This document shows, piece by piece, positions 1 to 18,000 of a DNA stretch of 64,000 nucleotides. How positions within the stretch are numbered: the first letter of the stretch is position 1; each line of letters starts with the position of its first letter. Position numbers and translations under genes: made by a program. Source of the DNA: Anaeramoeba ignava BMAN (Eukaryota > Protista > Anaeramoebae). Under the pieces are notes generated by a model, which saw only the letters and a program-made list of their open reading frames with translations, did no database searches and was not told the DNA's origin. Location of the stretch: the NCBI GenBank assembly GCA_028826165.1, contig JAPDFW010000147.1, positions 620,001-684,000 on the forward strand, in the 5' to 3' direction.

Positions 1-2969
<2,969 letters not shown>

Positions 2970-3114
2970 TCTTGACCAACCTTAGACGAAATTTCATTAA
3001 TAATCCAATTTACATTCAAATCAAAATTTAATTCAAAATGGATCCACAATTTCAAAGGAAGAAGATCGCAATGATCCACTTTTTCTTTTCTTTTCTTTTT
3101 CTTTTTTCTTTTTT

Positions 3115-5530
3115 TTCAATCAAAATAAAAACAAAAAATCTTTTCCAAATTTAAAATCATTTTATTTTAATTTTAAATTTAAATTTTATAAATAAATTAA
3201 TAAATAATTTATTATTAAATTTATTTAAAATTTTGATTAATAATTTTTTATTCCACTTTTTTCTTAATAATAAAAATAAAAATAAATTAAATAATAAAAA
3301 TATTATTTTAATAAGAAATAATTTAATTTCAAATTAAAATAAAATTAAAATTAAATTAAATAATAATTTAAAATTATTAAATTTGATTTTAATTTATTTA
3401 TTAAAATATTTTAATTTTTTTTATCAATTTTTTATAATCAAAATGAAAATAAAAACCTTTTCTAAATTTAAAAATCATTTTATTTTAATTTTAAATTTAA
3501 ATTTTATAAATGAATTAATAAATAATTTAATATTAAATTTAATTAAATTTTTGATTAATAATTTTTATTCCACTTTTTAATAATAAAAATAAAATTAAAT
3601 TAAATAATAAAAATATTAATCTAATAAGTAATAATTTAATTTCAAATAAAAATAAAATTAAAATTAAATTAAATAATAATTTAAAAATTATTAAGTTTCA
3701 TTTTAAATTATTTATTAAAATATTTCAATTTTTATTAATTTTTATAATCAAAATAAAAATAAAAACCTTTTCTAAATTTAAAATCATTTTATTTTAACTT
3801 TAAATTTAAATTTTATAAATAAATTAATAAATAATTTAATATTAAATTTAATTAAATTTTTAATTAATAATTTTTATTCCACTTTTTAATAATAAAAATT
3901 AAATTAAATTAAATAATAAAAATATTATTTTAATAAGAAATAATTTAATTTCAAATTAAAATAAAATGAAAATTAAATCAAATAATTATTTAAAATTATT
4001 AAATTTGATTTTAAATTATTTATTAAAATATTTCAATTTTTATTAATTTTTATAATCAAAATAAAAATAAAAACCTTTTCTAAATTTAAAATCATTTTAT
4101 TTTAATTTTAAATTTAAATTTTATAAATGAATTAATAAATAAATTAATATTAAATTTATTTATAATTTTTATTAATAATTTTTATTCCACTTTTTTTAAT
4201 AATAAAAATAAAAATAAATTAAATAATAAAAATATTATTTTAATAAGAAATAATTTAATTTCAAATTAAGATAAAATTAAAATCAAATTAAATAATAATT
4301 TAAAATTATTAAATTTCATTTTAAATTATTTATTAAAATATTTCAATTTTTATTAATTTTTATAATCAAAATAAAAACAAAAACCTTTTTCTAAATTTAA
4401 AATCATTTTATTTTATTTTTAAATTTAAATTTTATAAAGGAATTAATAAATAAAGTAATATTAAATTTAATTATAATTTTTATTTAATAATTTTTATTCC
4501 ACTTTTTAATAATAAAAATAAAATTAAATTAAATAATAAAAAATATTAATTTAATAAGTGATAATTTAATTTCAAATTAAAATTAAATTAAAATTAAATT
4601 AAATAATAATTTAAAATTATTAAATTTAATTTTAAATTATTTATTAAAATATTTCAACTTTTTATTAATTTTTATAATCAAAATAAAAACAAAAACCTTT
4701 TCCAAATTTAGAATCATTTTATTTTAATTTTGAATTTAAATTTTATAAATAATTTAATAAATAATTTAATATTAAATTTATTTAAAATTTTGATTAATAA
4801 TTTTTATTCCACTTTTTAATAATAAAAATTAAATTAAATTAAATAATAAAAATATTATTCTAATAAGAAATAATTTAATTTCAAATTAAAATTAAATTAA
4901 AATTAAATTAAATAATAATTTAAAATTATTAAATTTCATTTTAAATTATTTATCAAAATATTTCAACTTTTTATCAATTTTTATAATCAAAATAAAAACA
5001 AAAATCTTTTCCAAATTTAAAATCATTTTATTTTATTTTTAAATTTAAATTTTATAAATAAATTAATAAATAATTTATTATTAAATTTAATTAAAATTTT
5101 AATTAATAATTTTTATTCCACTTTTTTTTAATAATAAAAATTAAATTAAATTAAATAATAAAAATATTAATTTAATAAGTAATAATTTAATTTAAAATTA
5201 AAATTAAATTCAAATTAAATTAAATAATAATTTAAAATTATTAAATTTCATTTTTAAATTATTTATCAAAATATTTCAATTTTTTATCAATTTTTTTATA
5301 ATCAAAATGAAAATAAAAATCTTTTCTAAATTTAAAATCATTTTATTTTAATTTTAAATTTAAATTTTATAAGGGAATTAATAAATAAATTAATATTAAA
5401 TTTAATTAAAATTTTAATTAATAATTTTTTATTTCACTTTTTTTTTAATAATAAAAATAAAAATAAGTTAAATAATAAAAATATTATTTTAATAAGAAAT
5501 AATTTAATTTCAAATCAAAATAAAATGATT
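3115..5530. repeat. ~310 bp AT-rich tandem repeat, about 8 copies
   Basis: TTTTATTCCACTTTTT recurs near 3250, 3567, 3877, 4185, 4497, 4806, 5116 and (variant) 5432. Confidence 0.9.
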
Positions 5531-5658
5531 TCAAATTGATTTATTAATTTTTATTTTTGATTTATTAATTTTTTCATTTTTATTTTTATTTTTTCATTTT
5601 TTCATTTTTTCTTTTTTTTATTTTTTCATTTTTTTTTCATTTTTTTTTAAATTTTGTT

Positions 5659-7538
<1,880 letters not shown>

Positions 7539-7711
7539 TCAAAAAGAAAATCTTTTATCTTTTATCTTTTATCTTTTTCTTTTTTTTTTCTTCAAATTCA
7601 AATTCAAAACAAAATTTTTTTTTGTATTTGGAAAAAAAAAAATTAAAAAAAATTTCATTTTCATTTTTTCATTTTTTCATTTTTTTTTAAAATTTTTATT
7701 ATTCAAATAAA

Positions 7712-8525
7712 ATGGATGAAGAAGATAATTGGAAAAAAATTGAATTACCAGAAGAATATAAAGATGAAATTTGGGTTAATATTGATGAATATGATTTAAA
7801 TTATTTTGATACAAAAGAAATACATAAAGGAATAATTATAGAAAAAGAAAAGGAAAAGGAAAAGGAAAAGGAAAAGGAAAAAGAAAAGGAAAAAGAAATT
7901 ATTGAACATTTAAAACAACAAGAAAAAGAATTTGAACAAAATCAAAATGAAAAATTTTCTCCAAATGATTTTGCAGAACCAGTTTGTTTGTTTCCAAACT
8001 CAGATTCATATAAACAAATACAAATACAAAGAGAATATCAAAGAAGAGTAAATCGTGAAAGAGAAAGAAGGATGATTTTTCTTCAATTTCAAAATCAGAG
8101 TCATTCATTTTCTTCATTATTTTCAGAAACAACTTCTGAATCAAATCAAAATGGACTTTCTGTTGAAGATATTTCACATTTACCAGTTTCAAAATATAAA
8201 CAATCTGGAGCAATTCCATCAAAGTAAAAAAAATAATAAAATAATAAAAAATAAACGAATTTTTCCGTTTAAAATTTTATTTAATTTAAAACCATCTTTT
8301 TTAGATGCATCATTTGTTTATCGGAATTTTCAAATGGTGATCTTATTCGAACTTTACCTTGTTTTCATTTTTATCATAAAAAGTAAAAAAAATTATTTAA
8401 AAAAAATCATTTAAAAAAAATCATTTAAAATAAAATAATTATTATAAAAAAATAATTATAGTTGTATTGATCCTTGGTTGTTGAAAAATAAAAAATGTCC
8501 AATTTGTAAAAGAGACGTTTTTTGA
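7712..8525 (+). CDS. C-terminal RING-H2 E3 ubiquitin ligase (3 exons)
   Basis: Spliced C-terminus CIICLSEF...LPCFHFYHK.CIDPWLLKNKKCPICKRDVF* fits the C3H2C3 pattern. Confidence 0.88.
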
Positions 8526-8654
8526 AGAGAAAGAAATTTTGATCTTTTAAAAATGAATTGGAAAATTTTTCTTTTTTAAATCAAAAATCAAAATTATAAT
8601 TATAATTTAAAATTTAAAATATAAATTTGTTCTTTTTGGTTTTGGATTTTTTTG

Positions 8655-11600
8655 TTAAACGAAATAACTTTGGGTTAAATTTTCATAACTCAATTCCATT
8701 AAAAGCTGGAAATCATCGTTTGAAAGAGAATCCAAAAGAACTTGTTTTTCATGTGTTTTAAAAAACTTAGCAAAAGTATCTTTTATAGAATTCCTGATGA
8801 TTGGATGAGACCAAGAAATATTTGAAAGTTCGACAAGAGAATCAAATTGGAATTTTGCAATTGAATAAGGATCACGAAGAGCAAGAGCAGAGAGGAAAAC
8901 AACATAGCCATGAGCAAGAGGAAGAAGCTCTTTGTTGCGAGAAAGAAGTTGAGGCGATGATTTCTTGTTGATGAAATTGCAAATTTTTTCAAACTCCATT
9001 TTGTATTTTTCAGGTTCTTTTGAATAACGAAGAAATCCAGAAAGTGTGATTCCTGAAAGAATTCTTACTTCGTTATTTTTGTCAATGTGCAATTTCATGA
9101 TGAATAAAATGACCTTTTCAAACAACTCGTTTGAAATCATCAAAATGTTATTAAACACAAAAATTTGAATAAAAGAAAGCGATAAAAGTGTAATTTTGTG
9201 GTTTTTTTCTCCTTCTTTTTCGCAGTAATCCATTATAAATAATATCATTTCTTCAACAAATATTGATCTTCCATTTCGAACAGGTTCAATCGAAAATGAA
9301 TTGGAAATTAATTCAAGAGTTGTTTTGATATTTTCGTGGAGTTTTTCGTGTTCAGTTTGTGAAAAATTTGCTGATGTTTCAAGAAGAATTTTGACGAAAT
9401 CAACCAACAAAGGACGTGGAGCAAGATGAAGCCCAGCACCAAATAAATGGGAGATGAGGAGAAAATGGACGATTGTGGAAACAAAGTTATTTGCGCGATC
9501 AATTAAGTTTTCATTTAATTTTTCATTTAAATTTTCTTTCATTTGTTTTAATAATTCCTCAAATTTCTTGATTATTTTATTCACAAATTCGTTTCCAATC
9601 TCGTTGTATTCTAAATTTTTCGCTTCATCCATTTTCTCAGAAACTTTTAACCATGGATCAAGAAGACAAGACTCAAGAAGAACATAAATTCCCACTGAAA
9701 AAGAAGAACGGACTAAAGAGTTTGATTTTTCCAAATTGTTCTGGAGAAATTCGCTCATAATTTTGCAAAGTTGGGGTGTTTTCCATGAAAAATTCACAAG
9801 CATATGAGCAAAATATGCAATTTTTTTGGTTTTTTGGAGATCTGTTTCTTTGTCCAATTTCTCAAGCGATAAGAAGTCAATAAAAAGTTTAAAACGTCTT
9901 GGATCGCGGTTTACTGTCAAAAAAACAACTGCATTGCAAATTTCGAGGAAAACATCTTGCGAGGAATGCATCATAACTGTTTCAACATGCTCCTTCAATT
10001 TGCTCCAAATATACTCAATTTCTTTGTAGCTAAAATGCTTGAAAACACCTCGAAGAATACCAAAAATAATTTGTGCACTCACAATTATTGAGCTTGAGTT
10101 TTGCTCGTCCTTGCACAATTTGGAAATATGAGGAAGAATTGCGTTGAAAAAATCAACTCGAGAAATTTGGATTAATCCTTTGAAAACATTTGCAATAAAG
10201 GCATCAAATTTTTCTTTGTTTGCTGTTTGTATGCTTGTTGAATAGCGAATGAGACTTTCCAGAAACTCCTCTTTTATAACACTTTTTGTAAATCTTTCCT
10301 TATCAAATCCGTCTACAAATTTTAGAGGAACTGAATAATCGTATATAAACAGCAATTTCGGGTCTATGTTCTCAAGATTTGCATGCGATCCAAACCATCC
10401 TTTGTCGTAAAATGCGCATTTGGAGTATTGTTCTTCTGTTGAAGGATAATTTTCGATCAATGTTTTGTTCATTTCGTCAAAATATATTTTGGGAGAAATG
10501 AGCATTTTATTTTCATTTGCTTCATTTGATGTAATCCGTTTTGCTATTGGTTTGCACATAATCAATATTTTATTAATTCCTTCAATTGCACTTTTTTGCA
10601 CTGAAACAACTTCACTTGTAATTTTTTTAAAGAAAATTTCCATGTGATTTATTGAAGTGTGTTCGTAATCGGAAATCAAGAATTGAAGAAAAGAAGTGAT
10701 CATTGAATTATATTTCCAATTGATATTTGTGCTTGTTGTTTTTGGAATTGGTTTTTTTTCATCACTTTCATTTTGTTGAATCTTATTTTTATCAAGGAAA
10801 TTGATTAAATTTGAAACTAATAATGCATATTGATCCCAAAATGGTTCATTTTGATTTTCATTTTGATTTTCATTTTGTTATAGGAATGAATTGTCTGATA
10901 TCCATACCTTTGAAATAACTCAAATAAAGATCTGTGATTTTAAGTTGAATAGGAGAAAATGTGTTGTGAGAAGATTTACATATGGAATAAATAAATTGTT
11001 TTGTCAAAAACCAATGACTTGTGATTTTCCATCGTATGTTTTTTGAAAATAAAATATCTAAAGCACTCAAAACAACTTTTCGAGACTTTCCAGGAGTAGA
11101 TATAATTTGAATAATTTCTGGAATAACAGAATATGCAATTTTTGGTTTAACTCGAAAAAGATTGAGAAGTACTTTTTTGGATTTTGATTGAATTGTTTTG
11201 TATTGACTTAAAAGAAAATTGAGCAAATTTGCAATAATGTTATTTAGTTTTGGTGTGTGAGGAGATTCTTCCATAAATCCCAATCGAAATTTATACAAGA
11301 AGTCGATTTTTTGAAGATGGAAACTTCTTGGTGTAATTTTTTTGGGTAAATGAACTTTTTGTATTTTCTTTCTTAAATTATGAATTTTCATTGTTTGAGA
11401 AAAATTTTGAAAGTATATTCTGTGTGCTTTTAAAAGATATGAATGAATATTTACTAAAAGTGTTAAAAGAACTTGATTATCTTGTTGGTTTTTGAGTGCA
11501 CTAAATGTGAATTGAATAATTTTGTTTGTAATAATTTCGCACCAATTATTTTGAGGATATATTTCAATTCCACAAGAGATATTATTTTGAATATTTTCAT

Positions 11601-14452
11601 TTTCATTTTCATTTTGATTTAAATTATAAATTTCATAATTTTCATTTTCATTTTCATTTTCATTTTCATTTAAATTATAAATTTCATAATTTTCATTTAA
11701 ATTTTCATTGAAAGAATTCAAATATAACGTTGATCCAGAAATCATTTTGGATAAAAATTCAAAAATCTTATTGACTTCTTGTAACTCCTTCCGACTCAAC
11801 TTCCTTTTTTCAAAAGAATTCCCAAAAATACTAATCTTCTGAAGATATGGACTCAAAAAATATTGGAAAATTTCTTCAACAAATTCAACTTCTTCCTTAG
11901 AAGGAATATGCCAATTAGTTCCAATAAAACCCTTGCGGTTATTCTGATAATTTTTATAATCAAATCCCCAATATTTCCAATGATTCATTCTGAAATGAGG
12001 ATCAATCCATATCTCATAAGGTACAGAACGGTATTCTGTAATATAATATCTAGTAAGACTAGTCAAAACGTTGTAAATGATTTTCCCAGCAATTTCATTA
12101 ACTTCTTTCTTTTCGTGTTTCAATGCTAGATCAACCATCAAAATAATAGGTTTTTTATACGGAAGTAAATATTTCCCAACATTATTGAAAAGCTTTGAAA
12201 ATATTGTTAAAACACGAATGATTTCAGAATCTGTACAATTTTCTCGAGGTCGAATATCCGCTTTTTCATAATCTTCAACTTTTTTCACTTCTTTTGAAAC
12301 AAGAAATAATCTCTCAAAACAAAACGGTACAAAAACTTCAAGTGTTGCTTCGGGATGTGTTATACTTGCTATCCCACAAATACTGCTCACTCGATCAATA
12401 TAGGAATCAAACACAGAATCTCCAACTAAAACTTGAAGACGAGCAAGAATTTTACTGAAAATTCTTTCTGAGCATTGAGTAAAAATTGTTGAAAAAGTAT
12501 TATTTATCAAGTCATTAATGGATATTCGAACCTTTTTTAATTTAAAAGGCGTTGAAGAGACATTGCGAGAGATCAGAAACAATGACTCAATAAATTTTAG
12601 AATCCATTCAGTCAACCAAGAAGTGTTTTTTTCAAAAACTTCATAAGCACTCATTAAAGCCATTGCTCTGTGTTCATACCCAAAATCTACAATACTCCGA
12701 ATTGCATCCAAATTTGATTTTTCTGTGTCTTTTTCATCATTTCTTTTTTCTCTCCAACTCTTCAAATCTTCTGAAGTTACAATTTCGTCATCATTCGGAT
12801 CAATAATTGGGATAAAACTGAATAAATTTTGAACAAAAAACATCACAGAAAAAGTTTTCCATGAGCTTGAAGTGTTCATTTCCTCAAGAATAATTTCTAA
12901 AAATGGCTTGAAATAATACAGCCCAAGTGTTGGTCCTTGAATTTTGGCAATCCTTTGCTTCTGAAATGTAAATAGAGTTGTTGAGATGTTTTGTAAAAGA
13001 AGAAGGGAAGCCTCTCGTTGATGGGCTTGTTCTAGTGAATCAAATCCCTTCTTGATAATTTTCATAATTCGCAAAATTGTATACTCAGGAATCATTTCTG
13101 CAAATATTTTGAATTGAGCACAAGTTGTCAATCTTAAAAAAAATGCCTTTGAATATGTTGTTTGATAAAGTACAGAAAAAAATATGTCAAACATTTCCTC
13201 TGCTTGTTTTTGAAGCGCAGAAAGTATTTCTTGCTTTTCTTTTTCTTCTCTTTGGAGCTTGTTTTTTTCCACATTACATATTCTTTTTTTCATACATTTT
13301 GTCAACTCATTCACAAAATTATGTAATTCTTTTGAAAGATTGCTAATATTTGATGGATGGAAATATGATTCAAATGCTGCTATGAATCGCTTTAAATGGT
13401 CTTTTGTTGCTTCCCATGAATAACAGATAAATGGTGTTATTTGCGTATGCACAAGATCTCTGAATAATTTAGTTCCAATCTGTTTGGTTTCAATTGGTTT
13501 TAATTGATTTTCACTTCCAATTTTCGGATTGATTTTACCAATTAATTTTGTCATTAAAAAATTTGCATTTTGTGCAAACTTTTCTGAAATGGCTTCTTGA
13601 CAAACACTTCCAGATTCATGCGTATCTTCAATTAGTCTCCCAAAAAGCGAGAGAAAATTCCCGTGCCAAGAAGGAACAGAATCTTTACAAAACAAAATGA
13701 ATTTTAAAATGAATTTTAAAATGAGGATAAAAAGAAAATTACAATTAGATTTTTTTTTTAAATACCAATCCAATCCCATGCATTTATAAGAATATCAAAC
13801 CATTTTGGAACCGAAGTAAGATTCCATGTTGGTAAAAAAAGACATAAATAAGCTTGTGAATCGAAAATTTCCAGAGAATGAATATCTAATTTTGGTAAAA
13901 ATAATCCTAACATTTCTTCTGTAACTTTTTCTGGAAAAAACTTTCTTGATAATTTTACAAGATGAATTAATTTTTTTGAATTTTGAGATTTATTAATTTC
14001 TCTTTTTTTAAGAAAGAGATTTTTTTGAACAAGTTTATAAAGTAATTCCCATGAAATTGTTAAATTTATATCATCTTGTTTCTTGTTTAATAAGCGAATG
14101 AGAAGAGAAGTCATCTTAGAAACTGTTATTGGATCATCTTGAAAAATTGAAAGAACATCAAATAATAAATTAATAATTTCTTTGCTTTCTAAATCTGGTA
14201 ATGGATATTTAAGTTGTGTGTATCTTTATTTATTTTTTAATTCAATTATTTTTTCAATTATTTTTCAATTATTTTTTCAATTATTTTCTTTTTTTTTTAC
14301 TTTTTAATTTCAAAATTTAAATTGCTAATAAAATGTTTATTTTGTGTGGTTTTTAAATCAATTAATGAAGATTTAATTGATTCTAATAAAGTTTTTTTTT
14401 CTTCTTCAATTTTAGAAGAATAATTTGAAGGTAAATTTTGAAAAATTTCCAT
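8655..14452 (-). CDS. PSME4: Proteasome activator PA200/Blm10 (2 introns, one apparent frameshift near 10875)
   Basis: Long HEAT-like protein with ISWELLY, ESYFHPSN, WHIPS, NRDPRR and NWKY motifs. C-terminal SYFV resembles the YYX/HbYX tail. Confidence 0.85.
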
Positions 14453-15031
14453 TTAAAAAAAATGAAAAAAAAAATGAAAAAAAAAATGAAAAAAAAATGT
14501 TTTGTAAATGATTTTTTTTCAATTATTTTCTCTTTTTTTTCTTTTAAAATGACATTAAAAAGAATAAAAGAAAAAAATTATTTTTGTTTTTAAATTCATT
14601 TTTCTTTTTTATTTTAAAAAAAAAATTAATTAATTAATTAATTAATTAAATGGAATTAATTAAAGATTTTGATTATTTTTCTTTTTTAAAAATTAATCAA
14701 AAAAATAATGAAAAAGAAAAGAAGAAAAAGAAAAAGAAAAGAAAAAGAAAAGAATATTAATGATAATAATGATAATAATGAAGAAGGAGAAGATCAAGAA
14801 GAGAAAAATTTTGAAAAAAGCAAAAAAATGTGGAAAAATTTGATTAATTTACTTTCAAAATAAATTTCAAATTAAAATAAAATTAAAAAAATTAAAACAA
14901 TTTTTTTTTTGGACTTTCATTGTTTATTTTGTTTTTAAATTTGGAAAATTTCAAATTCAGTTTTTCTTAAATTAAATCGAAATTAATTTGATTAAAATTT
15001 GGAAAAAAAAAAAAAAGAAAAAAAAACTGTT

Positions 15032-18000
15032 TCAATTTTTAGATTTGTTTTTAGATTTGTTTTTGCCTTTGTTTTTGATTTTAGGAGAAGGATATTTTGG
15101 TTTTGATTTTTGAGAATTTGCAGCAATTCTTTGACTTTTTTTTATAACTCTACGACTGTGTAATTTTGTGTTTTGTATTTTTTTTAAATTTTCTTTTGCT
15201 TCTTTTTCTTTTCTTTCTTTTTCTAATCTTTCTTTTTCTAATCTTTCTTTTTCTTTCTCTTCTTTTTCTTTTTCGTCAAAAATAATCCGAATTGGAGAAA
15301 TTTGTTTATCATATTTATCTTTAATAACTTGAATTTCTTTGTTCATTTTTATTGTTAACATATCAATCAAGACCTTTAATTCTTCTAAACCAAGATCATG
15401 AAACTTTTTAATTTTAATTTTAATTTTTTATCCAATTTTAATTTTTTATCCGATTTTAATTTTAATTTTAATTTTAATTTTAATTTTAATTTTAATTTTA
15501 ATTTTAATTTTAATTTTAATTTTAATTTTAATTTTAATTTTTATTTTAATTTTAATTTTAATTTTTAATTTTAATTTTAATTTTAATTTTAATTTTAATT
15601 TTAATTTTAATTTTAATTTTAATTTTAATTTTAATTTTAATTTTAATTTTAATTTTACATTTGATCTAATAGGTTTTTGTTCTCCTTTATCTGATTCTTT
15701 TGTATTATCTTCTTCTTTTGTATCTGCTTGAATCATATCTAGAAATGCAGGTTTATAATCTTCTCCTCCTTTTTTCTTCATACTTCGAATATCAACAGTT
15801 CCATAATTTCCATCACCATCATCATCATCATCTGAATCAGAACGAGTGTTTACAGTCTTTTAAATTATAATTATAATTATAATTATTATTATTTTTTGAA
15901 ATTAATTTTTGTTTGTTTTATAATTATAAATCAAATAAAAATTAACTGAATCGCTTGAATCTGTTCTTGAATCAGAATCAGAATCTGATTCAGTATCTGA
16001 TGTTCGAGATTCACTATCACTATCTGATTCTGAAGATTCAGAAACACCTTTTCCTCCATTATTTTTTTTACTTTTCTTTTTCAGTAAAAGTGCTTTTGTT
16101 CTATCAATAAGTTCAAGTAAAGTTTGATGAGTTCCTTTTGCTTTTTTGATAAACTCATGCTAATTTCCAAAAATATAAATAATATTTTAATTTTAATTTT
16201 AATTTTAATTTTATAAATGAATTTTAATTTTAATTTTAATTTTAATTTTAATTTTATTTTAATTTTAATTTTAATATTAATTTTAATTTTAATTTTAATT
16301 TTAATTTTAAAATTAATTTTAATTTTAATTTTAATTTTAATTTTAATTTTAATTTTAATTTTAATTTTAATTTTAATTTTAATTTTAATTTTAATTTTAA
16401 ATATTTTACTTCTAAAAGTTCTATTGCACCTGGTCTTTTATCTGGGTCTTTAGTTAAACATAATGCAAGAAAATCTTTTAATGTTTTACTCCATTTTTCT
16501 GGTTCTCTAAAAGTTGGAGATGGTCTACTTGGAATTAAAAAGATTGCCTTTTTGAAAGAAGAAAATTTTTTTTTTGAAAATTTAAAAAAAAAATTAACCA
16601 TTTTGATTTTAAAAGGAAATATAATAAATAATTTGTTTACTCTCATTGGATGTGTATCTGATAAAGGTGGATTCCCTTCAGCAAGTTCTAAAATTGTAAT
16701 ACCGAGTGACCAAATATCAATTTTGAAATCATATCCAGTTTCTTGAATAACTTCAGGAGCCATCCAATATGGCTTTAAATAATAAAAATATTTAAATATA
16801 AGTTTAAAAATTTGAATAAAAATGTTTTAAAATGAAAAAACAAGAGAATTTTTACTGTTCCTATAACAGTTTTTCTTTTTAACATAGTATCACTTATTTG
16901 ACCAGATACACCAAAATCAGCTAAAATATAATATAAAATATAATAATAAATATAATAATATAAATATAATATAAAATATAATAATAAATATAATAATAAA
17001 TATAATAATAAATATAATAAATATAATAATAAATATAATAATAAATATAATAATAAATATAATAATAAATATAATAATAAATATAATAATAAATATAATA
17101 AATATAATAATAAATATAATATAAAATATAATAGAATTGATATATTTTTATAATTTTCATTTTGTTTATAAACCTAATTTGGAATGACCATTATCTGTAA
17201 GAAGTACATTTCCTGCTTTAATATCTCGATGTATTTTTTTAATCTCATGTAAATATTTTAAACCTAAAAGAACTTCTTTGCAAACAGATGCAATTTGTTC
17301 TTCATTTAAAGTAGTATCACAAGTTTCAATAATATCTGAAACTGATCCACCTCCACAATATTCCATAACAATCTTTTATAATGAGAAATAATTTTAATTT
17401 TATTTTAATTTTAATATTTTAAATGAATTATAAATGAATTATAAATGAATTATAAATGAATTATAAATGAATTATAAATGAATTTTAAATTAATTATAAA
17501 TGAATTATAAATGAATTTTAAATTAATTATAAATGAATTTTATTTGAATTTTAATATTATAAATGAATTATAAATAAATTTTAAATTAATTATAAATAAA
17601 TTTTAAATGTATTATAAATGAATTATAAATGAATTATAATTTAATTTTAAATGAATTATAAATGAATTTTAAATTAATTATAAATGAATTATAAATGAAT
17701 TATAAATGAATTATAAATGAATTATAAATGAATTATAAATAAATTATAAATGAATTATAAATTAATTTTAAAATTATAAATGAATTATAAATGAATTATA
17801 AATTAATTTTAAAATTATAAATGAATTATAAATGAATTATAAATGAATTATAAATTAATTTTAAAATTATAAATGAATTATAAATGAATTATAAATGAAT
17901 TTTAAATTAATTATAAATGAATTTTAAATAAATTTTAAATGAATTATAAATGAATTATAAATAAATTTTAAATTAATTATAAATGAATTATAAATGAATT

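Noticed and set aside
3450-3470. Minus-strand 5-nt microexon (TAG-AAAAG-GT) in the 310 bp repeat
   Set aside because: The AG and GT are not conserved across copies.
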